Virus record (IMG/VR): IMGVR_UViG_3300006735_006550
Span: 1-31,821 of that record
Length of the DNA stretch: 31,821 nt
Strand: one strand, 5' to 3'
Source: a virus
Lineage: Duplodnaviria; Caudoviricetes
In this document: positions 23,571 through 31,341 of the stretch, in pieces
How positions within the stretch are numbered: position 1 is the first letter of the stretch
Layout of the letters: each line of letters opens with the position of its first letter
The notes under the pieces: generated by a model
Databases searched by the model: none
Seen by the model: only the letters and a program-made list of their open reading frames with translations
Told to the model about the DNA's origin: nothing
Translations under genes and position numbers: made by a program

Positions 23571-24595
23571 AGACTGATTTGCAAGGTGTTTACGTGAGAA
23601 AACCTAAAAAGGAGTTTCACCCTATAAAAGATAAGTCCGTTTATATAATATTTCATGGCAAGGCTCTTGGTGATACTTTAGCATTTTTCCCATACGTAGA
23701 ACAATTCAGAATAGAAAATCAATGTAGAGTAAAAGTATATCTACCTAAACAAGAAATGATTCAATACTTTAAACCAGTTTATCCTGAGATTGAATTTCTT
23801 AGTGAAGAGAAATATATAGACCACTTTGATGAAAAACAAATATGTTTCAGATTACCATTTGATGCAGATAACATACAGACATTTAAAGTAGGGATAGGTT
23901 GGGATGGAAGACAACATCAACCTATGCAAAAAAGTATTAGTGATGTATTGGGTATGGAGTTTCGAGAAGGTAAGGATGAATTAAAACCAAGACTATCTTT
24001 TAAAGATCACGGTAGACCCATGAAAGAAAAGTATGTTGCCATTGGAGTACATTCTAACGGGCCTCAGATGAAGTATTGGAATTATCCAAGAGGTTGGGAA
24101 TATGTGGTTAAGTATTTAAATCATAAAGGTTACAAGGCATTAGCAATAGATTTACAATATAGTAATAATAGAGGTGAGTGGATACAACACAAACCAGGTG
24201 AACCAGAAAAACCTAAATGGGTAAATGAACCACCTGATAATGCTGAATTGGCTCACGATAATCCTTTAGATGTGACGATGAGTAATATAAAACATTCAGA
24301 GTTCTTTATAGGATTAGGTAGTGGATTAAGTTGGTTAAGTTGGGCACTTAATAAGTGGGTTGTTATGATTCACGGATTCACTAAACCCTGGTATGAGTTT
24401 CAAGATAAGTGTGTTCACGTACATAATGACAAAGTATGTACAGGTTGTTGGCATGTTGATTATGTTTTAAATTTAAGAGAGGATTGGGAAATGTGTCCTG
24501 AACATAAAGGAACTGATAGACACTTTGAGTGTTCAAAAGAAATAGATCCACCAATGGTATTTAACGCAATAGATAAGGTAATTAAATGTTTATAA
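23567..24595 (+). CDS. Aah/TibC-like (autotransporter O-heptosyltransferase-like) glycosyltransferase
   Basis: KALGDTLAFFPYVEQFR, KYWN.P.GW, FFIGLGSGLSWLSWAL and the Cys cluster CTGCW...CPEHKGT..HFECSKEI. Confidence 0.8.
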   Translation: MKTDLQGVYVRKPKKEFHPIKDKSVYIIFHGKALGDTLAFFPYVEQFRIENQCRVKVYLPKQEMIQYFKPVYPEIEFLSEEKYIDHFDEKQICFRLPFDADNIQTFKVGIGWDGRQHQPMQKSISDVLGMEFREGKDELKPRLSFKDHGRPMKEKYVAIGVHSNGPQMKYWNYPRGWEYVVKYLNHKGYKALAIDLQYSNNRGEWIQHKPGEPEKPKWVNEPPDNAELAHDNPLDVTMSNIKHSEFFIGLGSGLSWLSWALNKWVVMIHGFTKPWYEFQDKCVHVHNDKVCTGCWHVDYVLNLREDWEMCPEHKGTDRHFECSKEIDPPMVFNAIDKVIKCL

Positions 24596-25146
24596 ATCAC
24601 AAACACAAATTCATATTCATTCATATTCCAAAGAATGCTGGAACAAGTATTCGTGGTTCATTCAGAACTGAAGGTTATGATCAAAGGGTAGTTAATAAAC
24701 AATACCCACATGATCCTTGTAGTAAGATTAGAAAGTATTGTGGGGAAGAGGTATGGAATACATTCTTTAAATTTGCTATAGTTAGAAATCCATATGATAG
24801 AATGGTTAGTTATTATCACTTTCATAAATCATCCCAATATAGATTTCCTGCTAAGGCAAATACATTATCTTTCGAGGATTGGATATACAAGGGTTTAGAT
24901 AGTAATATGAAAAAGAATCAAACTTGGTATCTTGATGAGGAATTAGATTACATTGGTAATGTTGAATATTTAGAAAATGATTGGAAATTAATTTGTCAAG
25001 AGATAGGTATTGAACCATATGAGTTACCAAGATTCAATGTATCAAAACATAATGAATGGTCATCTTATTATAATGAAGATACTAAAAAGGTTATTAAGGA
25101 TATTTTCCAAGACGATTTTGAAACATTTAATTATGACTATATATAA
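24586..25146 (+). CDS. Sulfotransferase family 2
   Basis: FIFIHIPKNAGTSI (5'-PSB) and FAIVRNPYDRMVSYY (3'-PB) motifs. Confidence 0.9.
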   Translation: MFINHKHKFIFIHIPKNAGTSIRGSFRTEGYDQRVVNKQYPHDPCSKIRKYCGEEVWNTFFKFAIVRNPYDRMVSYYHFHKSSQYRFPAKANTLSFEDWIYKGLDSNMKKNQTWYLDEELDYIGNVEYLENDWKLICQEIGIEPYELPRFNVSKHNEWSSYYNEDTKKVIKDIFQDDFETFNYDYI

Positions 25147-25203
25147 CTTTCCCCCTAAAGGGTACATATACCAATAATATATATAAAAAAAATAAAAAAA
25201 AGC

Positions 25204-25232
25204 TTGACTTTTATTATATTTTTTTGTAAGTT
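25204..25232 (+). promoter_or_regulatory. Sigma70-type promoter TTGACT-17-TAAGTT, probably giving a leaderless mRNA
   Basis: A-tract plus GCTTGACT; ATG 6 nt after the -10 element with no SD. Confidence 0.65.
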
Positions 25233-25238
25233 TACAAT

Positions 25239-25694
25239 ATGAAAAACACAATAATATTCGACCTTGACGGAACTCTCGCTATAATTGATAAGAGACGAGA
25301 AGTTTCAACTAAACCTAATGGTAAATTAGATTGGGGTAAATTCTTTAACCCATCTAATATTAAGTTAGATAAACCTAACCCACCTGTAGTTAAGATGGCT
25401 CAGTTGTTTGCTGAACAAGGATTCAACATCGTTATCTTTTCAGGTAGGTCTAATAAGACCGAACGTTCTACACGTTCTTGGTTGACTAATCACAATATCC
25501 CATTTCATAAATTAGTTATGAGAGATTCTGAAACTGACCACTTCACACCAGATTGGGTATTGAAAAAAGATATGTTAGATGAACACGTAGATATCAATGA
25601 TGTCTTTCTTGTGGTTGATGATAGAGATAGAGTTGTACAACTTTGGAGGTCTCTAGGACTTACTACATTCCAAGTAGCTGATGGTGATTTTTAG
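25239..25694 (+). CDS. HAD phosphatase, polynucleotide kinase/phosphatase (PseT) 3'-phosphatase-like
   Basis: FDLDGTLA, FSGR, LVMR...D..PD...K and VDDR..VV..WR..GL..FQVA.GDF. Confidence 0.85.
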   Translation: MKNTIIFDLDGTLAIIDKRREVSTKPNGKLDWGKFFNPSNIKLDKPNPPVVKMAQLFAEQGFNIVIFSGRSNKTERSTRSWLTNHNIPFHKLVMRDSETDHFTPDWVLKKDMLDEHVDINDVFLVVDDRDRVVQLWRSLGLTTFQVADGDF

Positions 25695-26212
25695 TGGAGT
25701 GTAAGAAGTGTGAAAATATCATAAGTGAACAACGTTACCAATTAGGTTATACTGAATGTTTAGATTGTAGTGAGGTAGAGGCTTACTCAGCTCATACAGT
25801 TTATCCACACAAGACGGGTGGTTATGTACAACCTGTAAGTAAGACTGCATCTAACAACTTAAAAAAACTTGATAGACGTAGTACTGGTTCAACTCGTCAG
25901 GCTAAAGGTATATATTCAGACCAATCGTGGGATAGGTGGTTAGAACGATACTGGCACAATCTATATAATCCTAAACCCAAACGTAAGGTTGTAAAGGATG
26001 TATGTACAATCAAACATATTTCTACAAATGAGATAAATGAAGAAGTGTTAGAACACTATTCTAAATATGGTTATGAGCGTACTCACAATCATATTCGTAA
26101 GTTATTATTTGAAGATAAAATTTCCTTAAATATGAAATCTAATCTGATGGACAAAATAAACAGATTACAACTCATGACGAGAAGTCAAAGAAAAAAACTT
26201 TACAATATTTAA
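25694..26212 (+). CDS. Hypothetical protein with N-terminal DksA/TraR-like C4 zinc finger
   Basis: CKKCENIISEQRYQLGYTECLDC. Confidence 0.6.
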   Translation: MECKKCENIISEQRYQLGYTECLDCSEVEAYSAHTVYPHKTGGYVQPVSKTASNNLKKLDRRSTGSTRQAKGIYSDQSWDRWLERYWHNLYNPKPKRKVVKDVCTIKHISTNEINEEVLEHYSKYGYERTHNHIRKLLFEDKISLNMKSNLMDKINRLQLMTRSQRKKLYNI

Positions 26213-26216
26213 TAAT

Positions 26217-26840
26217 ATGAAAGTAAACCTTAAAGATTTAGTTTATACTATACCCAACGCAATATCAGATGATATGTGTAATCATTTGATAAATCATCAT
26301 ATTAAAATGTGTAATCGAGGATTAGGTATTCCTATCGATAGAAAAGATGATAAGAAGGGAATCGATATTAAAATAAGTACCGATGTTTTATATGAACATC
26401 ATGGAGATCCTGATGTAATTAAAGAACTAAATTCTATAATTAAAAAACATTTTATTAAATATGGTAATATGTTTGATAGTGAGAATTTTAGTTTGACAGA
26501 AATTTTTAATATCTGGCCAAGAACAAATTATAATATATTACAGATTCAAAAATATGATACGGGAGTTGGGGGCTATCCAGCTTGGCATATTGATAAGAAT
26601 TATGAGTACCCATTTCATAACAGAGAATATGTTTATATGTTTTATTTGAATGATGTTGAAGAGGGTGGTGAAACTGAATTTTTGTATTTAAACAATAAAA
26701 TTAAACCAGTTAAAGGAACACTTGTTTATTTTCCTACACACTTTCCGTTTGTACATAGAGGAAATATTCCAATAAGTGATGACAAGTATATTATGACTGG
26801 TTGGATATGTGAGAAGAAACCGAATGAAAAAACGATTTAA
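26217..26840 (+). CDS. 2OG-Fe(II) oxygenase (prolyl 4-hydroxylase-like)
   Basis: WHID, YLNDVEEGGETEF, FP...PFVHRG..P...KYIMTGW. Confidence 0.9.
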   Translation: MKVNLKDLVYTIPNAISDDMCNHLINHHIKMCNRGLGIPIDRKDDKKGIDIKISTDVLYEHHGDPDVIKELNSIIKKHFIKYGNMFDSENFSLTEIFNIWPRTNYNILQIQKYDTGVGGYPAWHIDKNYEYPFHNREYVYMFYLNDVEEGGETEFLYLNNKIKPVKGTLVYFPTHFPFVHRGNIPISDDKYIMTGWICEKKPNEKTI

Positions 26841-27048
26841 TAAAGTATCTACTGAACATTGGGGCGCTAAGACAGGTGATAAGTTTACGGTTATAAAAGA
26901 CCATCACGAAGTTAATGGTGATTTACCAAAAGATAGTATAGTTATCTTGATTGAGATATCACACTTCCCAACAATGTATAGGGTTAAAGATTTAGAAACA
27001 TCAAGATTATATACGGTACCAGTTCATACTGTAAAGAAGATGATATAA
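26824..27048 (+). CDS. Hypothetical small beta-rich protein
   Basis: ATG 26824 overlaps the end of the previous gene; TAATG overlap with the next. Confidence 0.55.
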   Translation: MKKRFNKVSTEHWGAKTGDKFTVIKDHHEVNGDLPKDSIVILIEISHFPTMYRVKDLETSRLYTVPVHTVKKMI

Positions 27049-27287
27049 TGAACACCACAATGTCAAGAGAAAAGTTGTTAGCTCGTGGTTATTGTTGTGG
27101 ATTGAGTTGTCAAAATTGCCCGTATGATCCACCACATCAAAAAGGCAATAAGACTGTGAGACCAATGAAAAAAAGAATCAGATTAGGTTCTCATTCTAAA
27201 GGTGCTAAGTCAACCCATTGGGATATGGATTATATGACTACTGAAGAAATCGAAAAATTATTTAAAAAAAATGAAAAAAAAGCTTGA
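27048..27287 (+). CDS. DUF5522-like Cys-rich protein
   Basis: LLARGYCCGLSCQNCPY motif. Confidence 0.7.
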   Translation: MNTTMSREKLLARGYCCGLSCQNCPYDPPHQKGNKTVRPMKKRIRLGSHSKGAKSTHWDMDYMTTEEIEKLFKKNEKKA

Positions 27288-27313
27288 CTTGTATTAGTTT
27301 TTTACCGTATATT
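27284..27313 (+). promoter_or_regulatory. Sigma70-type promoter TTGACT-18-TATATT
   Basis: Promoter-family motif with ATG 5 nt downstream. Confidence 0.75.
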
Positions 27314-27318
27314 CAGTT

Positions 27319-27408
27319 ATGAATTGTGATAAATGTAAAAAGATAAAAGCCGTAGTTAAGTACAAAAATGGTAAATATTGTACTTGGTATTGTGCGAAAA
27401 AAAAGTAA
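27319..27408 (+). CDS. Leaderless Cys-rich micro-protein (29 aa, MNCDKCKKIKAVVKYKNGKYCTWYCAKKK)
   Basis: CxxC...CxxxC; exactly fills the space between two promoters. Confidence 0.55.
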   Translation: MNCDKCKKIKAVVKYKNGKYCTWYCAKKK

Positions 27409-27416
27409 AAAAAAGC

Positions 27417-27446
27417 TTGACACGTATTAGTTTTTTATCGTATATT
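27417..27446 (+). promoter_or_regulatory. Sigma70-type promoter TTGACA-18-TATATT
   Basis: Promoter-family motif; ATG 27452 lies 5 nt downstream. Confidence 0.78.
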
Positions 27447-27451
27447 AAGGT

Positions 27452-29587
27452 ATGAAAAAAAGGGAAAATATGAAAGATTCAAATTTCAAACACTTTAACC
27501 CAATGGCTCTTCGTGAGAAATATAGTGTTGGTTCTACAAAAAGAACTAATCCGTTTTCTTCGTTTTGGGCAGATAACGATTGGACTTCTCGTAGAAGTGA
27601 AATACTTGACGAAGAACGACCAGTCAAGAAAGGTGTTGACCATGTAGCGTTGGCATCTTATCGTAGAGCTATATCAAACTTTGTGAGTATCGTAACTAAC
27701 GATTCTACCATTCCTGTTATGTTCCAATCTAAAGGTGATTCCTATACTGATGGTAAGAAAGTTACTATTGGTAGTAAGATTGATGAGAAGAACTTTGATC
27801 CTGTTGTTGGTTTGGCTCTTCATGAAGGTTCTCACATTAAGTTATCTGATTTCAGATTATTAAGAAATCTTGAATTTGAGATTCCTGAATATCTATATGA
27901 GTTAGGAAAGAATAAAGGAGTTGGAAGAGGAACCGTAATAGTTCACGTAAAGAATATGTTGAACTATGTAGAAGATAGACGAATTGATTATCACGTCTTT
28001 ACTACTTCTCCTGGTTACAAAGGTTATTATCATTCAATGTACGAAAAGTATTTTCATTCTAAAGTTATTGATAAAGCTCTTCTTACCGATGAGTACACTT
28101 CACTTGATTGGGATTCCTATATGTTTAGAATTATTAACTTCACTAACAAGAATCGTAGGTTAGATGTTCTCCCAAGACTTGATGAAATTTATAATGAGAT
28201 TTTTAAAGTTAATGGTGGAGTTAAAGGTTTAAAATCTACAAGAGACGCCTTGGAAAAGGCGGTTGGTATTGTAGGAACGGTTTATAATTGTCTACTTGAT
28301 GGTGTTGAAGAAACTGATGAGAATGGTGAGGTATCTACTAAACCCGCATCTGAATTACAAAGTACCGATGGTACAGAACTTTCTGATGAGGAGTTTGAAG
28401 AATTAAAAGAGAAGATGGAGAACAACGAAGTTACTATGAGTGGTGGTTCTGATGGTGGTGGAGAAAAAGTAGAACTAACAGAGAATCAACAGAAACAACT
28501 TCAAAGATTAATTGATAAACAAAAAGATTTTATAAATGGTGACGTTGGTAAGGTTGGTACTTTATCTAAAAAAGATAATTTGATTGTAAAGACAATGGAA
28601 GAGGCTGGTGTTGTTCACAAAGACGCTGGTCAAGGTGTTGGTTCTGATGAGTATGACTACACCAACGGAAAATATATTCCAAGTAAAGGTACAAAAGTTG
28701 TGTTCGTAAAGAAACTTACTCAGACCATGATTGATGAAAGAATGTTTCCTTCTATATTACGTGGTTATGGTCGTGATAATCAAGAGCCTATTGAAAATGG
28801 TGTTAGACTTGGTATTAAACTTGGTAAAAAATTACAAGTTCGTGGTGAGTCTCGTGATACCAAATGGTCTCGTAAGGATACGGGTAAAATCGACAAGAGA
28901 TTGGTAGCCGAACTTGGTTTTGGTAATGAGAGAGTTTTCGAAACAACTTTTGTTGAAAGTTATTCAGACGCAATACTTCACATTTCAATCGACGCTAGTG
29001 GAAGTATGAATGGAGAGAAGTGGATAAACACTATGACTTCTACCGTGGCAATGTGTAAAGCAGCTTCAATGATTTCTAATGTTGATGTGGTTGTAAGTTT
29101 CAGAAGTACTCACGACACAAGTGACCATTATAGAAGTAGAGGTGGAGAAACTTTTCCGTTGGTATTAATTGGTTATGATTCTCGTGTCGATAAGTTTTCT
29201 AAGATTACAAGAATGTGGACAGAAATTTATCCTGGTGGAACTACACCTGAGGGATTATGTTTCGAGGCGATTATGAATGAAATCATTCCTACATCGAGTG
29301 ACAGAGATTCATTCTTTTTAAATTTCTCAGATGGAATGCCAATGTTCAGTAATAGTTCACTTAGTTATTACTATGGAGACGCAATTAATCACACTAAGAA
29401 AATGGTTAACGAAATTCGTAGTAAAGGTATCAAAGTTCTTAGTTACTTTGTTGGTGATTCATATCATGAACGTGAAAATACTATGAAAGATTTCAAAACA
29501 ATGTATGGAAGTGACGCAGAATTTATTGATGTTACTAATCTCATTTCTATTTCAAAAACCATGAACAAGAAATTTTTGGAAAAGTAA
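27452..29587 (+). CDS. VWA-domain protein with N-terminal HExxH metallopeptidase-like domain (CobT-like MoxR partner)
   Basis: SYTDG, LHEGSH, NYVEDRRID, an acidic linker, and MIDAS motifs DASGSM, GTTPEG and FSDGMP. Confidence 0.85.
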   Translation: MKKRENMKDSNFKHFNPMALREKYSVGSTKRTNPFSSFWADNDWTSRRSEILDEERPVKKGVDHVALASYRRAISNFVSIVTNDSTIPVMFQSKGDSYTDGKKVTIGSKIDEKNFDPVVGLALHEGSHIKLSDFRLLRNLEFEIPEYLYELGKNKGVGRGTVIVHVKNMLNYVEDRRIDYHVFTTSPGYKGYYHSMYEKYFHSKVIDKALLTDEYTSLDWDSYMFRIINFTNKNRRLDVLPRLDEIYNEIFKVNGGVKGLKSTRDALEKAVGIVGTVYNCLLDGVEETDENGEVSTKPASELQSTDGTELSDEEFEELKEKMENNEVTMSGGSDGGGEKVELTENQQKQLQRLIDKQKDFINGDVGKVGTLSKKDNLIVKTMEEAGVVHKDAGQGVGSDEYDYTNGKYIPSKGTKVVFVKKLTQTMIDERMFPSILRGYGRDNQEPIENGVRLGIKLGKKLQVRGESRDTKWSRKDTGKIDKRLVAELGFGNERVFETTFVESYSDAILHISIDASGSMNGEKWINTMTSTVAMCKAASMISNVDVVVSFRSTHDTSDHYRSRGGETFPLVLIGYDSRVDKFSKITRMWTEIYPGGTTPEGLCFEAIMNEIIPTSSDRDSFFLNFSDGMPMFSNSSLSYYYGDAINHTKKMVNEIRSKGIKVLSYFVGDSYHERENTMKDFKTMYGSDAEFIDVTNLISISKTMNKKFLEK

Positions 29588-29770
29588 ATGTTCAAGTGGG
29601 TTATAAATAAGTTGTATAAATATTGTCCAACTTGTTCGTGTGGATATAAAATGAAACCAAGTAATTTTAGAAAAGATGAGTATAGTTGGAGATGCATCTT
29701 CTTAAATAAATGTGGAACACAGGCATATCAGACCACAAATGGTACTTTACATTGGTTCAAAAAAAGTTAA
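29588..29770 (+). CDS. Small zinc-ribbon protein
   Basis: CPTCSCG...WRC....CG. Confidence 0.55.
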   Translation: MFKWVINKLYKYCPTCSCGYKMKPSNFRKDEYSWRCIFLNKCGTQAYQTTNGTLHWFKKS

Positions 29771-29788
29771 AAAAAGTGAAAAAAAAGC

Positions 29789-29818
29789 TTGACACGTATA
29801 GTATTTTGGTTGTATATT
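29789..29818 (+). promoter_or_regulatory. Sigma70-type promoter TTGACA-18-TATATT
   Basis: Promoter-family motif; ATG 29824 lies 5 nt downstream. Confidence 0.78.
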
Positions 29819-29852
29819 TAGGTATGAAAATTAATAAAAAAAGGAATGTTTT

Positions 29853-31010
29853 ATGAACAATAGTGTTGTTGTAAAAATAGAGAAATCGGGTAACCGATTT
29901 AACGCATGGGATAATGATGGTAAAAAATGGACTTCCCATATTGGTACAAGTACTCGTAAGGGTGCTTTTGATAAGGGTATGGCCCTTGAACGTAGAGAGG
30001 GTAAAGGTGGTAGGATATATTGGTGGAAAGTTCCGATGAGTGAATTTGAATCCACTATGGCACCAGTATTCGATACATCTTCAGTTGAGGTTCCAAGTGA
30101 CCACGCTGAGGTATTGAATTTTATTCATGGTTCTTACAAACTTAAACCTGAAGGTCTTGTGATGAAAGAACTAAAGTGGAAATACTTGGTTCGTTCCGCT
30201 GTTCGTGGTAAAAATATGTTGATGACTGGCCCAGCTGGTTGTGGTAAGACTATGGCAGCTAAGTCACTTGTTAATTCACTTGATAGACCTGACTTCTACT
30301 TTAATTTAGGAGCGACTCAAGATCCTCGTTCCACACTAATTGGTAATACTCACTTCGATAAGAAGAAGGGTACTTACTTCTCACCTTCACTATTTGTGAC
30401 GGCTATTCAAACTCCAAACGCTGTGATTCTTCTTGATGAGTTATCAAGGGCTCATCCAGACGCTTGGAATATTCTGATGACCGTTTTAGATAGTGGTCAG
30501 AGATATTTAAGACTTGATGAGTCTGATGGTTCTGAAACTGTCGAGGTGGCTGAGGGTGTTACTTTCGTAGCCACGGCTAACATTGGTAATGAATACACTT
30601 CTACAAGAGTTATGGATAAGGCTTTGATGGACAGATTTATTATCGTTGAGATGGATGTTTTAACTGATGAAGAAGAACATGGACTACTTCAGTATATGTT
30701 TCCTCAAGTTGATTCTGAGTTATTGAAGTCTGTTAGTGAGATTTCTCACACCACTCGTATGGATAGTAAGTCCGAAAGTGGTAAGTTATCTAATGGTATT
30801 TCTACTCGTACTTCTGTTGAGATGGCTGGACTTCTTTATGATGGATTTGGATTGGATGAGGCTTCTGAGGTCACGGTTTATCCTCAGTTTTCTGATGATG
30901 GTGGTATGGATTCCGAGAGAACTTATGTGAAGCAGTTAGTACAGAAGTATATTTCTGATGGTTCTTCTGAAGACTTGTTCAACGAAGAAGAGATGAGTGA
31001 CGTATCATAA
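29853..31010 (+). CDS. MoxR-family AAA+ ATPase (CbbQ/NirQ/NorQ/CobS-like)
   Basis: Walker A GPAGCGKT, Walker B ILLDELSR, ATAN, DKALMDRF (arginine finger) and ISTR. Confidence 0.9.
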   Translation: MNNSVVVKIEKSGNRFNAWDNDGKKWTSHIGTSTRKGAFDKGMALERREGKGGRIYWWKVPMSEFESTMAPVFDTSSVEVPSDHAEVLNFIHGSYKLKPEGLVMKELKWKYLVRSAVRGKNMLMTGPAGCGKTMAAKSLVNSLDRPDFYFNLGATQDPRSTLIGNTHFDKKKGTYFSPSLFVTAIQTPNAVILLDELSRAHPDAWNILMTVLDSGQRYLRLDESDGSETVEVAEGVTFVATANIGNEYTSTRVMDKALMDRFIIVEMDVLTDEEEHGLLQYMFPQVDSELLKSVSEISHTTRMDSKSESGKLSNGISTRTSVEMAGLLYDGFGLDEASEVTVYPQFSDDGGMDSERTYVKQLVQKYISDGSSEDLFNEEEMSDVS

Positions 31011-31046
31011 ATAATTATGGATAGGCTTCCGTATGGAAGCACAACG

Positions 31047-31083
31047 AGGTGGGTGGTTTTATTCCTTTCTTTTCCATCCACCT
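31047..31083 (+). terminator. 10-bp hairpin with an anti-SD-like loop followed by a U-tract, preceded by the small hairpin 31025-31040
   Basis: AGGTGGGTGG/CCATCCACCT stem with loop TTTTATTCCTTTCTTTT; GCTTCC-GTAT-GGAAGC upstream. Confidence 0.55.
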
Positions 31084-31117
31084 TTTATTTTCAAAGTTAG
31101 GATAAAGGAAATTATAT

Positions 31118-31195
31118 ATGTTTGAATTTTTAGTAGTATGTTTGTTGTTTTATATAGCAACTAAAATGAATGATAATAACACTCCGAGATTTTAA
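31118..31195 (+). CDS. Single-TM micro-protein (25 aa)
   Basis: AAAGGA SD; TAATG overlap with the next ORF. Confidence 0.5.
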   Translation: MFEFLVVCLLFYIATKMNDNNTPRF

Positions 31196-31341
31196 TGAGT
31201 GAGATTTTTCATTTTGTAAAACATTTGTTTGGATTATGTGGTGAGGCACATCCAAGTATTTTAGTAGGTGGTGGTGTTTTTCTCACTACCATAGGACTTT
31301 ACTGGACAAAAATTATAAATTACATGAAGGATTTATTTTAA
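31195..31341 (+). CDS. Small membrane protein (48 aa, H.FGLCGEAHPS motif)
   Basis: Coupled at both ends by TAATG overlaps; one TM segment. Confidence 0.6.
   Translation: MSEIFHFVKHLFGLCGEAHPSILVGGGVFLTTIGLYWTKIINYMKDLF

Noticed and set aside
1924-30055. Minus-strand ORFs in the track (e.g. 1924-2127, 3991-4230, 9601-9918, 16861-17082, 21797-22216, 29464-29697)
   Set aside because: They lie antisense to well-supported + strand genes, lack recognisable motifs and have shadow-ORF composition.
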